Assembly (NCBI GenBank): GCA_965603825.1
Contig: CBFDEM010000013.1
Span: forward strand, 744,001-808,000
Origin: Blepharisma stoltei ATCC 30299
Lineage: Eukaryota > Protista > Ciliophora
Direction: 5' to 3'
DNA length: 64,000 nucleotides
Part shown: piece by piece, positions 23,981 to 34,877 of the stretch
Layout of the letters: each line of letters starts with the position of its first letter
How positions within the stretch are numbered: the first letter of the stretch is position 1
Notes under the pieces: model-generated
The model's database searches: none
Told to the model about the DNA's origin: nothing
The model's input: only the letters and a program-made list of their open reading frames with translations
Position numbers and translations under genes: made by a program

Positions 23981-25558
23981 ATGAGGCCAGCTACTGTTAT
24001 GTCTAACCCGATATCGCAGACTTTCCATCATGCGAAAACTCGAAGCTATACGCCAGGTCTTACCCGATTTTCAACATCAAGAAAACATGCTAGAAATGCT
24101 TCACAGTTAGATAGCTATATTGCACCTTTAGCTGGGATTCATCACTCCCAGTTCCCTCCCAAAGAAAGTGAAAGACGAGAAATCACTGGACATATGGGAG
24201 CATTAAAAAAAATTTTCAATTCTTTTAGGGAAGATTATGAAAAAGCTGATAAAAAGTTAGAAGCTTTAAATTCGCAGTTTTCTCAATACAACACAATAGA
24301 AGAAATCAGTGGACTTAGAGCAGCAAGACAAGAAGGAAAAATAAAATCTTTAAAAAAGAAAACAGAAGAAACACAAAGACTTCAAATCGAGGAAAATTTC
24401 AATCGACAAGTAAACCTTCATGTGCTAGAAAGGATGAGGCAAACCAAAATTCATATGGATTTTAAAAAAAATTCTATGAAAGAACAAATAAAAGTCCTGG
24501 ATTATTATTTAAGAGATGAACAAAGAAAACAACTGACAAGCAGAGATGGGCAGTTTAAAGGAATTTTCGCGTTTAAAAGTTTACAGCAGAGCGTAAATGA
24601 CGAGCAGAAAGCTCATAATCTGCAATTAGAGATGATTGAAAAAGAATATAAATATACAAAAAAAGCCAATAATAAAAGAGAAGATAGGAAGCACAGACAA
24701 GAAGAAATCGCAGAAGCTGCCGCAAACGAAGACCGTGACCTGAGATACAACAAAACCCGAGAAGCTTTAATGCTCAACAAACTGTGGTACAAGTACCTAG
24801 GAAATGCTTTAAAAATCCAAATGGAACAATCAAAATCAATAGAAGAAGCCTTCCAAAAAATCAGAGTCGTTACCGGTCTTTATGATATTCAAGAAGTCGT
24901 CCAGCGATTCCTCACACGAGAACAATCATACGCCCAGCTTGCCACTATGGTAACTGAATGCAAAGCAATATGCAATAATTATAAAAATAAAAACACCGAA
25001 CTCTCAGACCTTATTCATGAATTTAAACTAGCCGAACAAACAAATAAAAACGTTAACACAGAAATTTTAAAAAATAAAATTGCTGACTGCTATGAAGACC
25101 TGACAAAAGAAAAAGATAAATATTTTCGCTCAAAAAAGACAAGGACCAATATTTTGTTATGGGCTAAAAAAATGCTGATGAAGTTCAATAAAGGGCATAC
25201 AGACCAAAAGAATGAGGATATTAAAGAAGTCATGCAAAGCTTAGCGAATGAGGTCAAATTTGCGATACAGAAGACAAAAGAGCTGGGCGCTCCTTTAAAT
25301 ATAGCGAAAAAAGAAAGTTTGAGTGAAATTCAAGGGATTTTTAAAAGACTAAACCCAGAGCTGCAAGTCAAAATGATGAGAATCGACCCTGAAGAAATTC
25401 TTAAAAAAGAAGCTTCAGTTGAAGACTTAGCTCCAGCTTCGTATAGTCCTGAAATAGTTGAAGAAATCCCAGACAAAAAGTATAAGCTTCACCCATTTGT
25501 TCCGGAAAAAGAGAATTCAAGCTCATTTAGGCATTCTAAATATGACAAACATAAATAA
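23981..25558 (+). CDS. Coiled-coil protein, outer dynein arm docking complex (ODA-DC/CCDC151-like)
   Basis: Long coiled coil with the motif EEAFQKIRVVTGLYDIQEVVQRFLTREQS typical of ODA-DC family subunits. Confidence 0.6.
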   Translation: MRPATVMSNPISQTFHHAKTRSYTPGLTRFSTSRKHARNASQLDSYIAPLAGIHHSQFPPKESERREITGHMGALKKIFNSFREDYEKADKKLEALNSQFSQYNTIEEISGLRAARQEGKIKSLKKKTEETQRLQIEENFNRQVNLHVLERMRQTKIHMDFKKNSMKEQIKVLDYYLRDEQRKQLTSRDGQFKGIFAFKSLQQSVNDEQKAHNLQLEMIEKEYKYTKKANNKREDRKHRQEEIAEAAANEDRDLRYNKTREALMLNKLWYKYLGNALKIQMEQSKSIEEAFQKIRVVTGLYDIQEVVQRFLTREQSYAQLATMVTECKAICNNYKNKNTELSDLIHEFKLAEQTNKNVNTEILKNKIADCYEDLTKEKDKYFRSKKTRTNILLWAKKMLMKFNKGHTDQKNEDIKEVMQSLANEVKFAIQKTKELGAPLNIAKKESLSEIQGIFKRLNPELQVKMMRIDPEEILKKEASVEDLAPASYSPEIVEEIPDKKYKLHPFVPEKENSSSFRHSKYDKHK

Positions 25559-25696
25559 ATTTCCAAATTTTTATTTCTCCAGCATCATTTTTCTTATTTT
25601 ATTAATTTTTACAAAGTTGCCTTAAAATTATCCATTAATTAAATTTCAATGTCTTTATATCTTTAAGCATTATTATTCAATAAAAGAAATTAATAA

Positions 25697-26590
25697 ATGT
25701 CAATGCTACTACCTAAAGAACGCATTGACTCCCAATACATCTTCAATATGATGCAATGCTACCCCAACAAACACTTGATTATTGACGTTCGTGACCAAGC
25801 TGATTTCAATAGCATGCATCTAGTAAACTCAATAAATATCCCCTATAAGTCAAGATTTTCGAGCTCCCCAGACATTGAAGAACTCAAAAGCAATATTAGA
25901 GGCGACTCAAGGCTTTTTGATAGGAGAAGAAGGCTAATGATTATTATTGTATATAGCCCACCATCCATTGTGTTTTCAAGAGAAGTTGAATTTATCCTTA
26001 CAAAGGACAAATGTAGAGAAGTCTATGTGCTTGAGGAACCTTTTTCTAGCTTTGCTGAAAAATACCCATTTGTGTGTGAGATAGGAGGAATGGTACCTTT
26101 TGAGGTCCCAAGGTATGGGTACCCAAATGAAATTATTCCGAATAAGCTGTACTTGGGGAACTTTCACCATGCAGAAGATGCATTGGTGCACCAAAATTTG
26201 AAGCTGACTCATATACTGAATGCGACTAATGGGTTTTCTCATAAGTTTGAATCAAAAGGAGTGGTGTATCTAAGATTAGGCGTTGAAGACTTAGAAACTG
26301 AAAATATAAGCGAATATTTTCAAATAGCGTTTGAGTTTATTGATAACATAATTTCTAGTGAAAAGTCTCGTGTTCTTGTACATTGCGCACAAGGTGTAAG
26401 TAGATCTGCAGCTTTTGTAATTATGTACATTATTAAATCTATGAGTGTCAGCTATGAAGAAGCTTTTCAGTTTGTTAAGAGGCATAGAGAAATTATAAAG
26501 CCAAATGACGGGTTTGCATACCAGTTAAGGTCATTAAAAAGTATTTCTGAAGAAGTCAGTCATACAATGACGAAGGTCAGTATAGATTAA
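25697..26590 (+). CDS. Dual-specificity phosphatase with N-terminal rhodanese domain (MKP-like)
   Basis: LIIDVR..F..MHLVNSINIP rhodanese; PNEIIPNKLYLG; catalytic HCAQGVSRS; IKPNDGF. Confidence 0.92.
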   Translation: MSMLLPKERIDSQYIFNMMQCYPNKHLIIDVRDQADFNSMHLVNSINIPYKSRFSSSPDIEELKSNIRGDSRLFDRRRRLMIIIVYSPPSIVFSREVEFILTKDKCREVYVLEEPFSSFAEKYPFVCEIGGMVPFEVPRYGYPNEIIPNKLYLGNFHHAEDALVHQNLKLTHILNATNGFSHKFESKGVVYLRLGVEDLETENISEYFQIAFEFIDNIISSEKSRVLVHCAQGVSRSAAFVIMYIIKSMSVSYEEAFQFVKRHREIIKPNDGFAYQLRSLKSISEEVSHTMTKVSID

Positions 26591-26738
26591 TTGTATTTAG
26601 ACTTCTGAATAAATCAAATTAGATTTAATTTCTATTAAAAATACAGTTTAAAACCATAAAAGCAGCAAAAATAAATTAATTTGTGCTTTAGCATTATTTA
26701 ACCAATTTTTATTTTCTCCATGCGGGAAAAAAATTCTG

Positions 26739-27587
26739 CTATAAAAGTTCAAGCAGCCTGATTTTTTTGAAATCTTTTAGTTTGGAAGTATTATGGAGCC
26801 TATATGGCCTTAAATCTACGTCTAATTTGTTCCTCATACTTATGTCAGGCTCAAAATCACTTTTTACTCTAAAGTGATAGTAATTTTTCATTTTTAAGCT
26901 TTTTTCGCTTGTGTGTCTTTGATGTTCATCAATCTCGATATCTCTAAATGAATGAAAATTATTGTTGATTTTTGAAATGCTTTCTGATCTACCAATTTCT
27001 CTATATGATTTATTTCTCTTTTTGGTTCGTTTAACTAAACTTTCATATGAATTCGCTTCTTTATAAGGTCGAGGATAGAGTACTTCTAATCCTGAGTAAT
27101 AATCCCTTCTAGGAGATACACTTTTATTAGAGCTTTTAGGGCTTAATCTGTGGTGTTTTATTTTAGGGTTTTGTACAGGAGGAGGGCAGCCAACTAGATG
27201 CACAAACATGACTTCTTTGTCACTACCTTTGTGCATAATAGGCGGGTATAGGTGGGATTTCTTTCTTAATTCATGAAATGGGGTTTCTTCAATCATAGAG
27301 ATAGATTGCGTCGATTTATGTTTTAATCTGGAATCAAAATTTATGGTCTGGACACCTTCATCATGTACTCGCTTTTTAGGCTTTTTCAGTTTTTTAAGAA
27401 GGTGCTGAAGATAAGCATCTTCTAACTCTTGCATTTTGTAGTGGGCATCTTTTCTTTTTTCGTTTTCTTCTCGGGCTTGGATTTCTTTCTCTTCCTTCAC
27501 CCAATTCTTTAATTTTCTGACTTCTGCAGCTTTTCTCGCTTTGAATTCTTTATATTCAAGCAATTTTCTTGGGTTCGGGTACATCAT
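26739..27587 (-). CDS. Hypothetical basic protein
   Basis: 282-codon ORF, ATG to TAG, N-terminal coiled coil. Confidence 0.75.
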   Translation of the reverse strand: MMYPNPRKLLEYKEFKARKAAEVRKLKNWVKEEKEIQAREENEKRKDAHYKMQELEDAYLQHLLKKLKKPKKRVHDEGVQTINFDSRLKHKSTQSISMIEETPFHELRKKSHLYPPIMHKGSDKEVMFVHLVGCPPPVQNPKIKHHRLSPKSSNKSVSPRRDYYSGLEVLYPRPYKEANSYESLVKRTKKRNKSYREIGRSESISKINNNFHSFRDIEIDEHQRHTSEKSLKMKNYYHFRVKSDFEPDISMRNKLDVDLRPYRLHNTSKLKDFKKIRLLELL

Positions 27588-27804
27588 TTTACCGAAATTA
27601 ATGCAGTCATTTATCAGTTATCTTATTATCTTAAGAAATGATAAACTTATCTTTTACAAATTGTAATGCTTATAGAGGCTATTTAATCTGAAATAATTAT
27701 AGCCTGTTAAACTGATTATAAGGACCGTAGAATTATCTTATCAATATTATTTTTCTCTAAAAGCTTTTTTGTTAAGTATTTACTAATCATTATTTATTCT
27801 TAAT

Positions 27805-28635
27805 TTAAGGGCAAACTGCTGGAAGTATATCCGACTCGCTAGGGTTCATCGTGAAATACGACCATATTGATTTTTCCAGGATATCGTCAATAAGATCTTC
27901 GCTTTCTTGTACAGGACGCTCAGGGAAATATGTATAATCTCTCACTCTATCAAGGAACTTTACCCCTGATTTCTCACCAGCAAACAATGAGAATTCAGAG
28001 GTTCGTTTCTTCAGGATGACCGATCCAATGATATCACCATTGGAATTAATCCATTCTAAGTTTAAACTTTCTTCTGATCTGAAGGTTTCTATAGTCTTTC
28101 TAGCCGCAGAATGACTTGAGAAATTGAGAATGGCATAATCATCTTTGACCTCAATGCTTTTGATTCGTGAGAAGTTGGAAAATAGGGACTTTACGAAATC
28201 TGTGGTCATCGGAAGCTTGGTCCCAGAAATTTTGATGGTTTTGTTGAGAGAATTTCCTGTAGGGACCACTTGCTTCTTCAGACTTTCAAGGAGATTTTCG
28301 TATTTTGAGGCATCATTGGAGAAAAGATGCTGATACTTGATTAAAAGCTCGCAGGCTTCTTGTGTTTTGCCTTGCTGATGTAATACACCTGCCAGGTCTT
28401 TTACTGAACTTTCCACTCTTTCGCCGTTGGAAATTGCAGTTTTGTAATAAAATTCAGCCTTTTCGAGATTTTTCTCAATGTATTCAGCTTTTTTGGCCCA
28501 GGAATACGGGGATTCTTTGCGGGGAATTGGATATAAAGGGTGTTTTCGTTGCGTTTTTGAGGGGCAGCTTAAAGGAGATGATGGCTTATCTAACATGGGA
28601 ATTTCTGATCCTCTCAGAGAGCTGATGGTTGCCAT
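27805..28635 (-). CDS. TPR (POLLENLESS3/MS5/SDI1-like) + RRM-like protein
   Basis: SPYSWAKKAEYIEKNLEKAEFYYKTAISNGERVESSVKDLAGVLHQQGKTQEA resembles the plant MS5/SDI1 TPR. TIKISG..FSNFSRIKSIEVKDDYAILNFSSHSAARK is RRM-like. Start ATG 28635. Confidence 0.7.
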   Translation of the reverse strand: MATISSLRGSEIPMLDKPSSPLSCPSKTQRKHPLYPIPRKESPYSWAKKAEYIEKNLEKAEFYYKTAISNGERVESSVKDLAGVLHQQGKTQEACELLIKYQHLFSNDASKYENLLESLKKQVVPTGNSLNKTIKISGTKLPMTTDFVKSLFSNFSRIKSIEVKDDYAILNFSSHSAARKTIETFRSEESLNLEWINSNGDIIGSVILKKRTSEFSLFAGEKSGVKFLDRVRDYTYFPERPVQESEDLIDDILEKSIWSYFTMNPSESDILPAVCP

Positions 28636-29209
28636 ATTATATGTAATTATAACTGCAGATACTGGCAATCGAATAAACGCTTGCTAAGCCAAAATTTTTG
28701 AAATATTTTTTAATTTAAAAATCTGAAGGTGTAGACTCCTCATATGCAATTTTAAGCATATTTATAAAAATAAAATTTAGTTGATGGAAATATGAATTGT
28801 TTTGGAGAAAATTGGAAATGTTATAATTTATATTTGAAATTAAGTAAAATTACCTCGAGAAATCTCTTACAAATCATTTTGAAAATCTTGTACATATTTT
28901 TAAATACACATTTTATTTATCCTTTTATCTTTTATCTAATTTTATTATCACTTATCTGAACTTCTCATTATGGTGCAAAGCCATTTTTTGGTGAAATTCC
29001 GCTTAAAATATGACGAGAAAATAGACATTTTAGTTTTAAAACATAGCTTGGATTTATTTTTGCTAGGCTTCAAGCTAATTATGAGCATTAATTTCACAAT
29101 GATTTATTCAGGATTAATTTAAAACTAGAAAAGCAAGTTTGAAGTTTATAAAATTTTATTAAAACAATTGAATATCCCTATATATGATAGGTGGTTTTAC
29201 TAATTTATC

Positions 29210-29821
29210 TTATATAACTAACCTGACTTGTTGTACGATTCTGCTATAGAAAACAGCACGCAAGATACTAAGTTCTCTTCTTTTATCAGCTGGAACAGCG
29301 ACTGGAGGTGTTATTGCAATAATAGCCCTTAATTGACTACTATGGTCATCAATTGGGATAAATTGGACTAATAAGAAATTCAATCTAAATGCTCGCTCAC
29401 TCGGCAATTCTGGAAGATAAGCATCAGATATGACTTCTTCCACAATTCCATCAGCTTCTGCTTTTCTTGTATGGTAGCCCCAGAGATGTTGGCTTCCTTG
29501 AGTGAAATTTAATTCTTCATGACACAGTTTGGATCCATCCGGGTAAACTTTTTGAATTTCACTTTTCTTCACGATACCTGCTAGTTCTTCTTGGAACTGG
29601 TTCCAGTGTCCTTCAAAATACTCAAGCGCTACTTGAGCTGGCTTGTTAAGAGGACCTTCAACTTTGATGTTCCAGGTTGGGTCTTCGTCAGAACCAACAT
29701 ATGATCTTACAAATTCATCTGAATACAACTCTCCCCATTCGTGAGACCTTGCCAATGCAGCCATCGCAGCTCTATAAGCTTCTTCGTTTTGAGCTATTAA
29801 GGTTTCTTGTTCAGATGCCAT
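29210..29821 (-). CDS. START/SRPBCC-fold lipid-binding-like protein
   Basis: Pattern of W after helix 1, KVEGPL..PA, WNQF..IVKKSEIQK, FIPIDDHSSQLRAII, then a C-terminal helix. Start ATG 29821. Confidence 0.55.
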   Translation of the reverse strand: MASEQETLIAQNEEAYRAAMAALARSHEWGELYSDEFVRSYVGSDEDPTWNIKVEGPLNKPAQVALEYFEGHWNQFQEELAGIVKKSEIQKVYPDGSKLCHEELNFTQGSQHLWGYHTRKAEADGIVEEVISDAYLPELPSERAFRLNFLLVQFIPIDDHSSQLRAIIAITPPVAVPADKRRELSILRAVFYSRIVQQVRLVI

Positions 29822-30365
29822 TAAAATTATGATTAATTTTAGTTTATCTACTAATATCAATAAATTAAAATTTTAATTTTATTGGTAAACTTGGATATTA
29901 AATATAATGTAAGATTTATAAGTTTTTAAGCAAAGGTAATTTAGGTGAATGCTTTAGCATCTGATTTGGCCATAAAATTAAGCTATATTGCACTTTTTTA
30001 TAATTTTGAAGCTCATAAATAATTAATTAAGATTTTGATAATTTTTTTGAGAAATAGCATCGGATTTTGCTTAATGAAGCTAATCTCTCTATGGAGAAAA
30101 TTTGGATGATATATGATACAAATGTTTGTACATAAAATGGAATAGATATAATGATGCCATCAATAAATTCAATGATACCTATTATAGAGGATATCTTAAA
30201 ATTAGAGAGAGCTTTTCTCTTATATAAAATAATTATCCATTTAAAAATCTTATTTAATAATTTAAATTCTTTCAAACTTTTTTTACTCTCAGTCCCTATA
30301 TCGATTATGATTACCAGCATTCCATATTTTATTTATATACAAACCTAATAACTTACTTGAAATCT

Positions 30366-31466
30366 ATGGGAAGTTGCAATTTTAAGTCAGAAGATGCAGA
30401 TCCAACAGTTTCTATCTCCAAAACCCATTTTCAATTTCACTATGTAATCGGAAAAGGAGGTTTCGGCAAGGTTTGGAAAGTCGAACTAAAAAAGACAAGA
30501 GAGATTTTTGCAATGAAAGAAATGTCAAAAGCCAGAATTCTTGCAAAGAAAAGCGTAAACTCAGTCTTAAACGAACGTCAGCTATTAGCAACACTTAAAC
30601 ATATGTTTATTGTGAATATGCAATATGCTTTCCAAGATAAAGAAAACATTTATCTTGTTATGGATTTGATGCCAGGAGGTGATCTTAGGTATCACCTAGG
30701 CCGACAAAAAAAATTCACAGAAGCTCAAAGTAAATTTTTTATCGCTTGTATTTTAATTGCTCTAGAATATTTGCATAACAGTGGAATTTTGCATAGAGAT
30801 GTAAAACCAGAAAATCTGGTTTTAGATGATAAAGGCTATGTAAGATTAACAGATTTTGGAATCGCTAGAGTGTGGAACCCAGATAACGCTAAAGACACTA
30901 GTGGTACTCCTGGATATATGGCACCAGAAGTAATGTGTCGACAAAACCATGGAGTTGCTGCTGATTATTTTGCCTTGGGGATTATTGCTTATGAATTTAT
31001 GAATGGGACAAGACCTTACCAGGGTAAGGCTAGAAAACAAGTAAGGGAGCAGATATTGGCTAAGCAAATCCAAATAAAACAAGAAGAAATCCCTGAAGAC
31101 TGGTCAATTGAAGCTGCTGATTTCGTTAATAGGGTATGAATTATATAGCTTATTCAGAGAAAGCCTGTTAATCGACTGGGGTTAAATGGTCCTGATGAAG
31201 TGAAAAATCATCCTTGGTTTCGAGACTTTGATTGGAAAAAATTAATTGATAGAAGAATGGAATCACCATTTATTCCTAGTCAAAATGATGATAATTTTGA
31301 TTTAAAGCTTCATCTCGCTGATGATCCTTGAAAAGATGCTGAAAGTGAATCTTATCAGCAGAGCGTCGAACTTCTGAGAACTCCTTCAACACAAGCACTT
31401 TTCGCTGGATATTTCTATGATATTAATCAAAATCCTGGCACAGAAAGTGAATCCACAAAAAATTAA
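30366..31466 (+). CDS. AGC-family Ser/Thr kinase; exons 30366-31133, 31149-31466
   Basis: GKGGFGKV, AMK, HRDVKPEN, DFG, GTPGYMAPE, KNHPWF..DW. N-terminal MGSC (acylation-type). 15-nt intron; one TGA=Trp in the tail. Confidence 0.94.
31134..31148 (+). other. 15-nt spliceosomal intron GTATGAATTATATAG
   Basis: GT..AG with A at position 10 and an in-frame TAG. Removal gives DFVNR|LIQRKPVNRLG (kinase subdomain XI). Confidence 0.92.
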
Positions 31467-31810
31467 AATTATGCATTAGTAATTTTAAATCAATTCAAAA
31501 TTACAAATATAATAAAAATAATTTTCTTTATTTTCTCATACGCTTAAAAAATACTTTAATGTCTGAATTTTTAGGGCTTTCTCTTAAATTTTCTGATAAA
31601 AATTATTTCTTTTCAATTAAAAAATCTTAAAATCTCTAATTTATTCAACAGCCTTTTTTTGCTTTATCAACTTCAATAAAAATTTTATTTTTGTTTTAAT
31701 TTCCTTTTTCAATACATCTAAATTCATTTTGCTGCTTGAATCTATATATTAACTGTAACTAATTCAATATCCACATCATTTTATGTTTATGGCTTATGGC
31801 TTCTAAATAA

Positions 31811-32938
31811 ATGTTGCGTAGAATCTGCACTCGATTATTTACTAGCGCTGAAGAAGCACCCTTGCTTATTTCAGACCATAGTTTTGTCTCGCAAGTAAAA
31901 TTATATAAACCAAAAGCTTTAAATTCTCTTGACTTAGAGATGATTTGTTTACTAGAACAAGCCATCATCAACTTTCACAAAGACACAGAAAACAAAGCAT
32001 GCTTATTTTTAGGTTCAGGCAAGGCTTTTTGTGCAGGCGGCGACATAAGAGCTTTATACATGGCCAAACAATCTGAAGAAAATTCCTATATTCTTTCCGA
32101 ATTCTTTAAGCGAGAGTATATAGTTGATTATGCTCTAGCAAAACTTAACCAAATGCAAATCTGTATTTATGACGGAATTGTAATGGGTGGTGGAGTTGGG
32201 ATTTCTATACATGCACCTATTAGGGTAGCGACTGAAAACTCAATATTTGCAATGCCTGAAAGTGGGATTGGATTTTTCCCTGATGTTGGTGGAAGCTACT
32301 TTCTACCAAGATTGCAAGGAAGTCTTGGGTATTATTTAGGAATAACTGGCAGCAGATTGACTGGCTACCAGCTTGTTCAGGCCGGAATAGCAACCCACTT
32401 TGTCTCAAAAGACAAAATCAGCGCTTTAAGAGATGCACTAATAAGAGATATAAACGCTAATACAAAACCTGAAGATATTATACAAATCGTCGATAGTTTT
32501 AGTGAAAAGCCACAAGAGCCTTTCACAGAACTAGAAGAAATTGAAAAGTATTTTAGCGGAGCTACATCAGTGGAGCACATCTATAAAAAGCTGGAAGAAG
32601 ATAAAAGTGACTGGGCTCAAAAAAAACAAAAAAGACTAGATATCATAAGTCCTTTATCACAAAAAATAATTTTTGAGCAAATAAAACGTGGGAAAAATCT
32701 ATCTCTGGAAGATTGTTATGCAATGGAATATAGACTTTCTCAGCAGTTTATGGCAGGAAAAGAATTTTTTGAAGGCGTAAGATCAACAATTATTGATAAA
32801 GATAAAAATCCGGTATGGGAGTATAAAAATATTTTCGAAGTGCCAGATGAAGTTGTATTGAAACACTTTGAAAAAATTACCCCAGATTCGCCTGATTTAG
32901 ATGTGAAAGCGGAGCGTGATGAGCTTTTAAAGCGCTAA
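31811..32938 (+). CDS. HIBCH: 3-hydroxyisobutyryl-CoA hydrolase, mitochondrial
   Basis: PKALNSL, KAFCAGGDI, GIVMGGGVGIS, FAMPESGIGFFPDVGGSYFL, FFEGVR..IDKDKNPVW; mitochondrial-type presequence. Confidence 0.92.
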   Translation: MLRRICTRLFTSAEEAPLLISDHSFVSQVKLYKPKALNSLDLEMICLLEQAIINFHKDTENKACLFLGSGKAFCAGGDIRALYMAKQSEENSYILSEFFKREYIVDYALAKLNQMQICIYDGIVMGGGVGISIHAPIRVATENSIFAMPESGIGFFPDVGGSYFLPRLQGSLGYYLGITGSRLTGYQLVQAGIATHFVSKDKISALRDALIRDINANTKPEDIIQIVDSFSEKPQEPFTELEEIEKYFSGATSVEHIYKKLEEDKSDWAQKKQKRLDIISPLSQKIIFEQIKRGKNLSLEDCYAMEYRLSQQFMAGKEFFEGVRSTIIDKDKNPVWEYKNIFEVPDEVVLKHFEKITPDSPDLDVKAERDELLKR

Positions 32939-33420
32939 TAGTCTTTTAATAACAATAATCAATTTAATAGCTATTATTTTGGACTTTTTTTTGCGAATTT
33001 ATAAATTCTATTGTAAGCTCAGATTTAATAAGGTATTATAAAAATGGAATTAATACCTCTAAAGTTTAGAAATAGCTTTATTTGGATGTAAAACTCATAA
33101 AAATTATAATTTTCATAGATATCTAGTTAAAAATATTGAAAAAAAATTGAAAAATGAGTCCAAATTATTTTTCAGAAATTTGATGATTATTTATGTATAA
33201 ATTCTATATTCACTAATTTAGAAATTTTTAAGACTCATATGAGGAAAGAATTTACATAATTGCAAGCTGCTCCAGTAATAAACTGAAAAAATTCAAAATT
33301 TACTAACTATAAAGCTATATTTAATAATTAATAATAAATAATGATTGATAATATATTAGAATCGATTTAGCTTTTCCATGATGGTATTGTTGGATTATTT
33401 TTGCAGCAATAATTTAAATC

Positions 33421-34791
33421 ATGTCAAACATAAATATCACAGAAGAAGAAATCCCAGCAAGCTTCCTCAAAGATAAACGCAGAATTGAAAGTCTAGAAAA
33501 GTCAGCTGAAAAATATTCCGACCAGGGGAACTTTCATAAAGCGTGCAATACTTATGAAAAAATAGTTCAACTAGACCCTTTAAGTGAAAAATCATGGATT
33601 TCTCTGGGGCATTGTTATTATATAATTCAAGACTATAAGAAATGCTACGCAGCCTACCAAAAAGGTATGAATACTTTTAAAGGGCGCCTCGACCCACAGC
33701 TCTGATATGGCTTAGGAATGCTTTGCCAAAAATTTTCTTATTATGACCAAGCAGAAATGTCGTTTCAAGAATCATTAAAGTGTGACCCAGATTTTGAACA
33801 AAAACAAAATATATTATTAAAGCTTGGGATTTTGTCAAAACAAGCACTTAAATATGAAGAAGCTATCAATCTGTTTAAAAGCTGCATACAATGCGATAGC
33901 AGAAATATCAATATTGTAACGCAAGCTTACTGCTGCATGGGATTTTGCTATAATATGCTTGGGAGTATAGGTGAATCTTTGCTGTCTTATAGATATGCAG
34001 TATCTGTGGAGTCAAATCAATATACATTGGCATGCCTTGGATGGGAATTGCTTAGCTTGGGCCATTTTGATGAGGCTCATCAGTGCTTGGAATATGCGAG
34101 TAAAGCTGAAAACAAAACAGAAAATTATGAAGAGAAGCTTTATTATATGTTGGCAATGTCAAATTTGCAAAAAAATAAATTTGAGGTTGCATCAGAATAT
34201 TTTGAAAAAATATTAAAAAAAAATTCATACGATTTTTCAGCTTGCTGCAGCTATGGAATTTTAAAAGCCAAGCAATCAAAACAATCAGAAGCAGTTCAGC
34301 TCTTATTCAAAGCTGACCAAGCTGGTACTAAAGCAGAAGCATGGCTAAATCTAGGAGTATTATATGAACAATGCGGCCAAATTGAAGACGCAATAGTTGC
34401 TTATCAAAAAGCGCTGACTTTAAAAAATTATGAATTAATTGCTCAGGAAAGAATTAATAATGCTGGTACTGGCAAATGTAATTGTGAAATGTTAATTCAT
34501 CCATTATTTGACCCTACAGAAATTATTGTAGCCAAAATTGATAATAATTCTTTGGATTCAAAAAATAAAGATTTTACGTGGATTCCTCCCCCTGAATTTT
34601 TCGCATGGCATGCAGAGAATTTTTATCAAGGATTTATGAATTTTATGCAAAATATGAGAAACTGTGGGCAATTTGATGGGATCATGATAAAAGAATGCAA
34701 TGATGAGGAGCAAGCTGAAATTCAGAGAGGAGAAAATGATATAGATTCAACTCAAGTGGCAAAAGGTAGAAAAAAGAGAAAAACAAAATAG
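33421..34791 (+). CDS. TPR-repeat protein, SSN6/CYC8/UTX-like
   Basis: WISLGHCY..AYQ, DPQL[W]YGLGML, EAWLNLGVLYEQCGQIEDAIVAYQKAL match Ssn6-type TPRs. C-terminal NLS-like RKKRKTK. Confidence 0.8.
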
Positions 34792-34877
34792 ATGACACAA
34801 TGATTTTATTAATATTTATCTGATAATTTTAATTTCAACTTAGGAGATAATTGTGCATTTAAATTATTGAGATTATT

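Noticed and set aside
30027-30348. Overlapping I/K/L/F-rich ORFs on both strands, and 19434-19619
   Set aside because: Low-complexity products of AT-rich intergenic DNA upstream of real genes.
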